Positions 56,801 through 64,000 of a DNA stretch of 64,000 nucleotides are shown here, in pieces. Position numbers and translations under genes: made by a program. The notes under the pieces were generated by a model, which saw nothing but the letters and a program-made list of their open reading frames with translations, had not been told where the DNA came from and searched no databases. The first letter of the stretch is position 1; each line of letters starts with the position of its first letter. Source of the stretch: Sedimentisphaeraceae bacterium JB056 (GTDB lineage: Bacteria; Planctomycetota; Phycisphaerae; Sedimentisphaerales; Sedimentisphaeraceae); assembly GCA_044440125.1 (NCBI GenBank), contig JBITAJ010000025.1, positions 1 through 64,000 on the forward strand, given 5' to 3'.

Positions 56801-59800
56801 TCGGCTTCTTTAATCTGTAGCTGATGCAGCATTACCTGACTGTTTGTCCATGCAAGCTCAAACACGCGGTCGGCAAGATGACGGTCATAATATTTGTCAA
56901 TAAGAGATAACGCTTTTGTGCTGTTTTGTTCAAGACCCCAGATGGCATCCAGTGTTATTGATTGACCAGGTCCTAAGTGTATTTTATGGCGAACGGACAT
57001 AACAGGATCCAATACCGCTCCGCAAGTATCTGAGAGCTTTCCTGATTTCTTCATTGCGGCAGGATATTCGTTGGTCTGGCAGCGTCCGATAAAACGACAG
57101 CGGTCTGTCTCGAATGAAACCTTTTTAGATTCACCATCATGAACTGTCATGCCGTGGAAAAATACCGGCCATTTTTCATCCGGTGATTTGGGCCTGCGAA
57201 AACTTAGAACGGCATCCTTGTCACGAATTAACTCTGTCTGGACAAATAATCCCTGGAATGCGGGCTGTTCGCCGGCATCGATACCATCAAGAAGGACAAC
57301 TTCGCTAAAGCTCGTTATCTCGAGATTTCGGCTGTGTCCGGCAAGATTTGTGATAGATAATCTTCGTAGCTCTACATCGTCCTCAGGAGAGACTGCTACT
57401 CGAGTTTGAGCCTTGACTTTGTTTTTGATCAGTTGGAATTCGGCCGCTCCCTGTGAGAAGGTTACATCATAGCGGTCTGGTTCTTTGCCGCAAGGCTGAG
57501 CCGTTGCAGACCAGTATTCTCCGGTATCAACATCTCTGATATATAGAAATGTCCCCCAATTGTCCTTTGTCGCATCTTCCTGCCAGCGTGTTAAAGACAG
57601 GTTTTCCCATCTGCTTGAACCGCTGCCGGCAGAAGTTATCAATACGTGGTATCGGCCATTGGAAAGCAGATGAACATCGGGTACGGGCATATCGGCTCGT
57701 GTAAATGTTCGTAGAGCGGCTACTGGAGGTTCTGCCTGGCCGTTTTTCTCATGCTTTTCTGACGCAACTCCAACTCTTGAGTGAACTTCAACGACAGGTA
57801 CGCGTTCTTGCAGAAGCAGCAGTGAAGCATTAATTCGTGGATCGCTCTGGAACCGTTTCTGCATAAGCCCGCCCATCAGGGCATTATTGAGTGCAAGGAA
57901 GCTCATTCCGCTATGGTGCGACATGTAAGAGCGTACGACAGCAAAACTTTTTTCGTGCGGCACTCTGTTACGAGTATAATCTATAGCTTCATAGAAACCA
58001 TATCGTCCTTGAAATCCCAGTTCATCCATCTTTTGCAGGTTTCGGCAAGCATGTACAGGTTTGACCATCATTGCCAGAGCTGTTGCGTAGGGTGCTATTA
58101 CAAGGTCGTCTTTCAGGCCGCGTTTGAGCCCCATTCCAACAACGCCGAAACCTCTGTATTGATATACTTTGTTAATGTCAATCTGGTTGAAACACGACTC
58201 AGATATTCCCCATGGGACTGAGTATCGCAAACCATGGTTAATTTGACATTGCACCGCCTGATTGTAAGATTCATGGAGCAGTGTTGCTTCGTAAGAGGGC
58301 ATGAAGAGTAGCGGCATTAGGTATTCAAACATTGAGCCGCTCCATGATATCAGAACTTTGTTCTTGCCTATTGGAACTAATTGGCGTCCAAGGCAGAACC
58401 AGTGATCTATCGGAAGTTGTCCAAGAACAACACCGAGGAAACTGCATAGTCTGGCCTCTGAAGCCAGCAGGTCATAATATCCCGGATCGCGTTGATTGGT
58501 TTCGAGATTGTATCCGATTGACAGTAATCGGTGGGAAGGATCATACAAAAAGCTTACATCCGTTTCTGATAGTTCTCGGCAGCGATACTGCAAGTCTTCC
58601 AAAACCTTAATACGCTCTGTTGCGCGTTTACAAGCTAATTCTTCGCTATTAACGTTTGTTGATGAATCGCTTTTCAGATTAGCTAAAGTAAATAAGGTTG
58701 GTATCTCATTTTCAAAACGTTTGTTCTTTGGGTTAGTTTGAGTACTGTCTTCCAATTCAAGCCATGGTGCCATGTAAACAATATCATTTTGTATGTCTCT
58801 GCATTGGTTTCGAAGTGTTCGTATCCAGAAGTGTGATTCACTGTTTTGAGGCACAAGAGACTCGAATTCTGTTACTATCAGTCCGAGGGATGATAGGCCG
58901 CTGTTTATCTCGGAAAGCGCAAATAGGGATTGCAGTGATTTGATCTGTAATGATATTTCTTTTTGAATACGATTAATTTCAGAGTTGCCAAGCCGACTGC
59001 GTTTGTTTTTAAGTTCTGCCTGCAATTCATCGAAAAGTATTTGAGTTGTATCATTAAGCCCTTCCAGCCATTTTTCAGATAGAATTGGTTTGTTGATTAG
59101 TTCTTCAAGGCCGCCGCGTAATGCTATCAGTGAGCCGGTCAGATTGCCGCTGTCGGCAGTTGATATGTATCTTGGGTGAAATGCATGGAGTGTCCTTGTG
59201 TCGTACCAGTTATAGAAATGACCGTGGTATCTTGGCAACTCTTCCAGAGTCTTGAATGTATTTGATACATTTTCAATTAATTTTCTTTCTGAAATATAAC
59301 CAAAATCACATGCAGCAAGATTACTGGCAAGAGCCATTCCTATATTGGTAGGTGAAGTGCGATGGGCCTGACCTATGGAATGCTCTTCCTGGAAGTTGTC
59401 CGGCGGCAGCCAATTATTTTCCTCATTGACAAACTCGTCAAAGAATGACCATGTACGCCTTGCTGTTTTTCGAAGAAATAGCTTTTGCTTTTTAGTCATT
59501 TCCTGTTCTACTGGTGTGGTAGGACGGCTGAGTCGCCAAAATATTAATGGTGATAAAAACCATTCGACAAGTAGTACTGCTTCAATAACCAGGCCATCAA
59601 TTCCACCTGGATATTGATGTATGTTGAATTGATTAGACAACTCGGCCAGGGCCGGAGTCTTTATCAAAGCAATAGTGAAAGCTATGATTGCAGCGGCAAA
59701 AGGGGCAATCCACATGGCTCTGCATATTCCAGTCAGAGTGTTGTCTGCCTTCTGTTCCGCATCGGAAGAGGTTTGCCATTGAAGCATATATTTTCGGCTG

Positions 59801-62559
59801 AAAAGTAAACGCCATGTTGTCAGAAAGATAGCTTTTAGGTAAACATACGAAATGAATGGTATCTGAATAAGGTCTAATATATCTATGGCCCATATTCGTG
59901 ATTCCTTGCGGGTTGCATGTTGGGTATGGGTAGCCCATCTCAGATGTTTAGGCTTAAAAGCTAACGCATGGATTGATTTGAGTAAATCCGGTAGGAAAAA
60001 GACTGTTATAAGTGATATCATCCAGCCCAATGATGCGTCTACTGGCAGAAAACAGCCAATAAAAAATGCAGCAAGAAAAGCCAGTGGCACAATTGTTCTT
60101 CTGAGATTGTCGAATATCATCCACTTGCATAGTATGCCGAGCGGATTCTTATAAGTTTTTCCATTTGCATCTGGTACTCTTGATAGAAGCCATCTTGCGA
60201 TTTGCCAATCACCTCGTGCCCATCTGAAACGTCTGCTTACATCTGCCAGATAATGAGTAGGATGTTCTTCAACAAGCTCAACAGTATTTAAAAAGCCGCA
60301 CCGATTATAACAGCCTTCTATCAAATCATGACTTAGTATACGGTTTTCAGGAAATCTCTTGCTCAGAACAGCATCAAATGTTTGAACATCGTATATGCCT
60401 TTTCCAATAAATTGGGAATGTCCGAATAGATCCTGATAAATATTCGATACTTCACGAGTATAAGGGTCTATACCTACATCACCGGCAAACAGGCGGGCAA
60501 ACAATGATTGACGTGAATTGGAAAGATTAGTGGCTAATCTGGGTTGAAGCATGCCGTAACCACGGTCGACCCGATTGTGTTCGGGGTCAATATGCGGCTG
60601 ATTTATCGGGTGGGCCAAAGTTGCAGCCATCTTCAATGCAGATTGCGGTGGAAGAGAGGTGTCGCTGTCGAGAACGATTATATTGCGTACACTGCGAAGC
60701 TCTTCAATATTTCCCTCAATTGTAGTAAAAGGTTTGCTGTTGCCTGTTTTGATGAGATGATTGAGTTGGCTGAGTTTGCCGCGTTTTCGTTCATAGCCCA
60801 TCCAGCATCCTTGTGATTCATTATATTGTCGAGGCCTGTTTAGAATATAAAATGGAGTATGACCGTTGCCTGAATATTTTCGGTTCAGTCGCTGTATGCC
60901 ATCTATAGCAGACTTTAGCAAGTGCTCATCTTCGGCCATTGTTTCTTTCGGCGCATCTGGGAAGTCAGTAAGTAGAATCATCAGAAGGTTATTGTCTCGG
61001 TTGGCCAGATATCTAACTTCCTGTTGCTCGATCAGCTTTTCTACTGTCTGCATGGATGATAATAAAGTTGGTATTACTACAGCTGTACGATGTTCATCTG
61101 GTATGCCTTTTGAGAAATCCAGTTTTAGCATGTTGCAGGGAGGGACTATAAGTGTAACAAGCCAGTTTATTATTGATAAAGCTGATCTTGATGCTACTAT
61201 TACTACGCTTATTAAACCGACTATAGGTAAAATAACTGAACTTAAATCTACAAACTTCAAGAAAACTGCGGTGATAAGAATTGTTAAAACAGTTAAGGAC
61301 AGTAGATATACCGGTAATGCTGTTTTTTTCAGATTACGGCATATTTGTTTGCCAAAACTTGGTTTATAACCAATTCGTTTTTCCAATTTCTCTCTTCCAT
61401 CGCCGATAAGAAAATAGCTTACGGTTTTCTCTCGTTGTTCATTTTCAACTGAACGAGCTTTTTCTTCAGCCAGTTTGATTGCAGCAGCAGCTACAGTTTC
61501 TTCTTCACAGTCACAACCTCGTGCAAGTTCCTCAACCTGATGACGACAGATATCGCGGGAATGAAAGTCCATTTTAGCATATATATTGCATGGGTCCTTT
61601 TGCAAGGTGGATTCAATTATGCTTAGAGATTCAACGAAATTTTTCCAGTCTATAGTCCTGAGATTTCTTAAGCTCGTAATGCTGTTGCCTATTGATACCT
61701 GATCGGCTGCCTGATCTTGACTTTCTGCCTGTTGTATGATTTCAAGGGTTTGTCCTCGTTCGGCCAATTCCTGCTCTATCCAGTTTATGACAAGACCAAG
61801 TGACGGGTGTCTTCCTTGAAGCTCGGCAGTCAGTTCCGCCAGGAAAGGAGCTACAATAGGGGGATTGGAGTGTATGAATTCCGCCAGAACCATGATCAGG
61901 GATTTGGGCTTTTTCTGGATTATCTGTATGAAACGTTGTGACCATTCCAATGCAAGGCTGCAATGCATACGCCGCCATGATATTCGATATGATACGCGTC
62001 TTAAGTTTTCCATAAGGGCAAGATCTATCATCAGCGGCATTGCCCAGAGCTCACCAATTTTGAGAGGATGGACGGACTGAAAAGCTTGAAGGAAAAGCGA
62101 AATGTTTTCAATATCAACCCTTCCATCGGTATGCGATACCAACTCCAATGCTAAGTCGTATAAACGTGGAAGACCTTTGCGGTGGCCAGTACCAAGACGC
62201 GGGAGTTGCTGGCTGTATTGAGGAGGGAAATTGAGACGAATATGATCAATCTGCTCTTCTATGAGATAGTAGTTGTCAAGTAACCATTCCGCACCAGGGG
62301 ATACTGAGCGATTTTGGCTAAGAGCTTTTGCGACATCTTCATAGGACTTCTTTATGATCTCAGCGTTTTCGTTGAGTCTGCGTAGCAGTAGCTCAGGACC
62401 TTTTCCTGTATCCAATATTTGTGTTGTTGCCAGAGACCTCGCATGGCTTTCCAATTGACCGGAGCTGAAAAGTTCTTCACGAAGCGGCGGTTCCGCCTCT
62501 TTAATTCCTATTAGCGGTACGCCAGATGTGTCGTCGGAGATGTCCCTGACTGATTGCAT
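53839..62559 (-). CDS. ndvB: Cyclic beta-1,2-glucan synthase (Cgs/NdvB/ChvB): GT84, cyclase/glucoamylase-like and GH94 phosphorylase domains
   Basis: 2,906 aa; EWLLDNYYLIEEQ, WMGYERKRGKL, LDSDT, SHDLIEG, RWARGDWQ, PPDNFQE, RTSPTNIG, DLLASEARL, SWSGSMFEYLMP, PWGISES, YQSGGAFGFRDQLQD, GDWNDG, RENGGQYTH, WYTGSAGW. GGAGG SD. Confidence 0.95.
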   Translation of the reverse strand: MQSVRDISDDTSGVPLIGIKEAEPPLREELFSSGQLESHARSLATTQILDTGKGPELLLRRLNENAEIIKKSYEDVAKALSQNRSVSPGAEWLLDNYYLIEEQIDHIRLNFPPQYSQQLPRLGTGHRKGLPRLYDLALELVSHTDGRVDIENISLFLQAFQSVHPLKIGELWAMPLMIDLALMENLRRVSYRISWRRMHCSLALEWSQRFIQIIQKKPKSLIMVLAEFIHSNPPIVAPFLAELTAELQGRHPSLGLVINWIEQELAERGQTLEIIQQAESQDQAADQVSIGNSITSLRNLRTIDWKNFVESLSIIESTLQKDPCNIYAKMDFHSRDICRHQVEELARGCDCEEETVAAAAIKLAEEKARSVENEQREKTVSYFLIGDGREKLEKRIGYKPSFGKQICRNLKKTALPVYLLSLTVLTILITAVFLKFVDLSSVILPIVGLISVVIVASRSALSIINWLVTLIVPPCNMLKLDFSKGIPDEHRTAVVIPTLLSSMQTVEKLIEQQEVRYLANRDNNLLMILLTDFPDAPKETMAEDEHLLKSAIDGIQRLNRKYSGNGHTPFYILNRPRQYNESQGCWMGYERKRGKLSQLNHLIKTGNSKPFTTIEGNIEELRSVRNIIVLDSDTSLPPQSALKMAATLAHPINQPHIDPEHNRVDRGYGMLQPRLATNLSNSRQSLFARLFAGDVGIDPYTREVSNIYQDLFGHSQFIGKGIYDVQTFDAVLSKRFPENRILSHDLIEGCYNRCGFLNTVELVEEHPTHYLADVSRRFRWARGDWQIARWLLSRVPDANGKTYKNPLGILCKWMIFDNLRRTIVPLAFLAAFFIGCFLPVDASLGWMISLITVFFLPDLLKSIHALAFKPKHLRWATHTQHATRKESRIWAIDILDLIQIPFISYVYLKAIFLTTWRLLFSRKYMLQWQTSSDAEQKADNTLTGICRAMWIAPFAAAIIAFTIALIKTPALAELSNQFNIHQYPGGIDGLVIEAVLLVEWFLSPLIFWRLSRPTTPVEQEMTKKQKLFLRKTARRTWSFFDEFVNEENNWLPPDNFQEEHSIGQAHRTSPTNIGMALASNLAACDFGYISERKLIENVSNTFKTLEELPRYHGHFYNWYDTRTLHAFHPRYISTADSGNLTGSLIALRGGLEELINKPILSEKWLEGLNDTTQILFDELQAELKNKRSRLGNSEINRIQKEISLQIKSLQSLFALSEINSGLSSLGLIVTEFESLVPQNSESHFWIRTLRNQCRDIQNDIVYMAPWLELEDSTQTNPKNKRFENEIPTLFTLANLKSDSSTNVNSEELACKRATERIKVLEDLQYRCRELSETDVSFLYDPSHRLLSIGYNLETNQRDPGYYDLLASEARLCSFLGVVLGQLPIDHWFCLGRQLVPIGKNKVLISWSGSMFEYLMPLLFMPSYEATLLHESYNQAVQCQINHGLRYSVPWGISESCFNQIDINKVYQYRGFGVVGMGLKRGLKDDLVIAPYATALAMMVKPVHACRNLQKMDELGFQGRYGFYEAIDYTRNRVPHEKSFAVVRSYMSHHSGMSFLALNNALMGGLMQKRFQSDPRINASLLLLQERVPVVEVHSRVGVASEKHEKNGQAEPPVAALRTFTRADMPVPDVHLLSNGRYHVLITSAGSGSSRWENLSLTRWQEDATKDNWGTFLYIRDVDTGEYWSATAQPCGKEPDRYDVTFSQGAAEFQLIKNKVKAQTRVAVSPEDDVELRRLSITNLAGHSRNLEITSFSEVVLLDGIDAGEQPAFQGLFVQTELIRDKDAVLSFRRPKSPDEKWPVFFHGMTVHDGESKKVSFETDRCRFIGRCQTNEYPAAMKKSGKLSDTCGAVLDPVMSVRHKIHLGPGQSITLDAIWGLEQNSTKALSLIDKYYDRHLADRVFELAWTNSQVMLHQLQIKEADSQLFSQLAGLLIYANPHLRARASLIARNRKGQSDLWAYGISGDLPIVLLRVSDLSGLDLVLQVIKAHAYWRCKGLKTDLVILCEAYSGYRQTLMDAIIGLINVNLEAKALNQPAGIFVRNMDQVTEDDRMLLKAVSRIVLSDRVGTLSEHLDRYTLPQPDQPIFKPSRNAEEMTPQEKQLPERELAYFNSWGGFTPDGREYVTMIKPGVVTPAPWVNVLANPNFGSVVSESGSAYTWFKNAHEFRLTPWYNDAVSDISGEAFYIRDEETGRFWSPMPWPVNNQGSYVSRHGLGYSAFEHTEDDIFSETFTYTAAQLPIKLTNITLRNLSNRKRKLSLTGFVEWVLGESRARNSMNVVTRLDAQTGAIFACNTYKADFNTCVGFFNCSHMLRTLTTSRTEFIGRNGSLSSPEAMRRVNLSNQVGAGTDPCAAIQTFVEIPPGEQVQLVFMLGGADNEQHARSILAQSSGVDGARHILEEVWDKWKRDLGRVYVETPDLSVDLLVNHWLLYQTLGCRVWGRSGFYQSGGAFGFRDQLQDSLAFLYECPWITRDQILLCASRQFIEGDVQHWWHPPTGRGVRTQISDDYLWLVYVTCRYIKATGDTGILDEQVSFLEAAQLEPGEESHYGMPQVSEKSGSIYEHCVCAINHAINYGAHGLPLIGAGDWNDGMNRVGCEGKGESVWLGFFIYDILHSFTDIAKLREDNDLVKKCQDEAAKLQQNIDQNAWDGEWYLRAFFDDGSPLGSSVNSQCSIDLLPQTWSILTGATDPARSKQALESALKRLIDPKTRTIHLLDPPFDGTEMDPGYIRAYIPGVRENGGQYTHAAIWAAIAVARSRKIEQAWELFTMLNPIKRSASAETASVYKVEPYVMPADIYSTPGHEGRGGWTWYTGSAGWMYQFTVEHLLGLKVEANTLSFSPLIPEQWNEYTLHYCYRNTFFHIRIIQTGSDTWNTRSVMVDNNKQHDNKIHLFDDGNEHYAVVEVGLNP

Positions 62560-62981
62560 TAATTTCCCTCCAAAATGGATTTGCGAAATCTAACTTATTC
62601 TCCTACAAACAAGTTAAATACCAATATAACTTATATTTTTTACAAAGTCAATCATTAAAAACTAAAGTGGCTGGTCTGATCCAAGTATAATATGCTGCAT
62701 GGATTGAGATACTTTTAATATGTTTTTTAAAGTATCCTTAATACGGAGATTGGGTTTGGTTTTCAGTCTTGAAGAAGGCTGAATATTGCGTTAATTATGC
62801 CAGTATTGCCTCATTTTCAACAGTTTTTATGAAATTTTGTTGATTTACACATTATTTTTGTTATTATTCTGGCTCGTTTTATTATGCCTGCGGGAAGTTT
62901 TGCTCCTGCAAACGGCGTAATTTATATAAAAAAGGGCTTTCCCGCCCGTAAGCAAGACCTCTTTTGTATGGAGATTTAACT

Positions 62982-63596
62982 ATGGGAAATTATTCAGGGC
63001 CTAAAGTAAGGCTTAGTCGTGCACTTGGCGTGCCAATTGCAGAAACACCAAAACACGTTAGTCCTCGCAAGACAACTCGTCCTGGTCAGCACGGTTTTCG
63101 TCGTGTAAAACCAACTCTTTACGGCACACAGCTCAAAGAGAAGCAGAAAATTGCTTGCTACTACAACCTGCAGAATAAGCAGCTCCGTCGTTATATGAAA
63201 ATGGCAGAAGCTTCAAAGCAGACAACAGACAGGGCTTTCCAGGTGCTGCTTGAGACAAGGCTTGACAATGTTGTACGTCGTCTTCGTTGGGCAAGAACTA
63301 TCTGGCAAGCACGTCAGATGGTGACTCACGGCCACTTCCTTGTGAACGGTCGCAAGGTTGACCTTCCTTCTTACAGGGTTAAGGCTGGCGATGTTATCGA
63401 AGCTAAAGAACGCAGCAAAAAGTTTGTTACTGAAGTTATTGAGACAACAAAGTCTATGGGCTTTGCTGTACCTGAGTGGCTTGTTTCTGACGAAGCTACC
63501 CTCAAGGCGACAGTTACAAGACTTCCACAGTTCGAGGAAGTACGTCTGCCGTTCGATGTGGACTTCACAAACATTATCGAATACTATATGCGATAA
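62982..63596 (+). CDS. rpsD: 30S ribosomal protein S4
   Basis: MGNYSGPKVRLSRALG, PGQHG, YGTQLKEKQK, LLETRLDNVV, ARQMVTHGHFLVNGRKVDLPSY, IIEYY. GGAG SD precedes ATG 62982. Confidence 0.97.
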   Translation: MGNYSGPKVRLSRALGVPIAETPKHVSPRKTTRPGQHGFRRVKPTLYGTQLKEKQKIACYYNLQNKQLRRYMKMAEASKQTTDRAFQVLLETRLDNVVRRLRWARTIWQARQMVTHGHFLVNGRKVDLPSYRVKAGDVIEAKERSKKFVTEVIETTKSMGFAVPEWLVSDEATLKATVTRLPQFEEVRLPFDVDFTNIIEYYMR

Positions 63597-63620
63597 TTGG
63601 TTCGATTATGATCGAAATAC

Positions 63621-63654
63621 AAAGGACGCTTGCGAAAACAGGCGTCCTTTTTTT
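63621..63654 (+). terminator. Rho-independent terminator of rpsD
   Basis: AAAGGACGCTTG-cgaaaa-CAGGCGTCCTTT stem followed by a T-tract. Confidence 0.88.
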
Positions 63655-63734
63655 ATTTTAAATTATTCATCCTTACAGTTACTTGTTAATATGTGGCAGT
63701 AATTGGATAATTTGTGTTTTTGATAGGAATAGAT

Positions 63735-64000
63735 ATGAAGAAGCCGAATGTTATTTTTGTTTTTGCTGATCAATGGAGAGCTCAGGCAACCGGGTATGCG
63801 GGCAACAACGTTGTGAAAACGCCAAATCTTGATAAACTTGCTGCCGAAAGTGTGAATTTTACGAATGCAAGCTCAGGTTGTCCAGTATGCACACCTTACA
63901 GGGCTTCTTTTCTTAAAGGCCAGTATCCTCTTACAACAGGCTTATTTGTAAATGATGTCTCAATTGATACTGAGACTATGAGCATTGCTCAGGCATTCAA
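63735..64000 (+). CDS. Sulfatase (S1, Cys-type), 3'-truncated by window edge; absent from the ORF track
   Basis: Manual translation gives MKKPNVIFVFADQWRAQATGYAGNNVVKTPNLDKLAAESVNFTNASSGCPVCTPYRASFLKGQYP, with an AGGA SD upstream. Confidence 0.9.
   Translation, partial: MKKPNVIFVFADQWRAQATGYAGNNVVKTPNLDKLAAESVNFTNASSGCPVCTPYRASFLKGQYPLTTGLFVNDVSIDTETMSIAQAF

Noticed and set aside
62982..63596. rpsD outside the alpha operon and lacking zinc-binding cysteines
   Set aside because: Stand-alone, Cys-motif-free S4 genes are common in many bacterial lineages, so this is not unusual by itself.
63601..63616. Small palindrome TTCGAT-TATG-ATCGAA after rpsD
   Set aside because: A 6-bp AT-rich stem next to the real terminator, too weak to call as a separate element.

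Overview
This window is almost entirely a large sulfated-polysaccharide utilisation region. Its gene content (Tat sulfatases, a DUF1559-type prepilin, dockerin-like tails, no SusC/SusD) suggests a Planctomycetota/Phycisphaerae-like bacterium; the taxonomy is inference. It holds seven sulfatases (two cut by the window edges, the last lying beyond rpsD), a GH151-like and two GH95 fucosidases, a GH57-like hydrolase and a five-bladed propeller hydrolase. It also holds a sodium:solute symporter, a 2-hydroxyacid dehydrogenase, a UroD-fold protein, a LacI regulator and five paralogous heparinase II/III (PL12-like) lyases with different accessory domains. The most unusual element is the divergent block at about 8-23 kb. 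An unrecognised domain of about 210 aa occurs nine times across three secreted proteins. A 1,882-aa protein on the minus strand looks like a fusion of the two plus-strand genes that flank the DUF1559 prepilin. Three plus-strand proteins end in the same Cys-rich, single-EF-hand dockerin-like tail. Together these suggest an undescribed surface glycan capture and cleavage apparatus working in place of SusC/D. Downstream lie an alkaline phosphatase, a full-length cyclic beta-1,2-glucan synthase, a stand-alone rpsD with a structured leader, and the start of another sulfatase. I saw no rRNA, tRNA, CRISPR array or mobile element. Family calls come from motifs recognised by eye, not from database searches.
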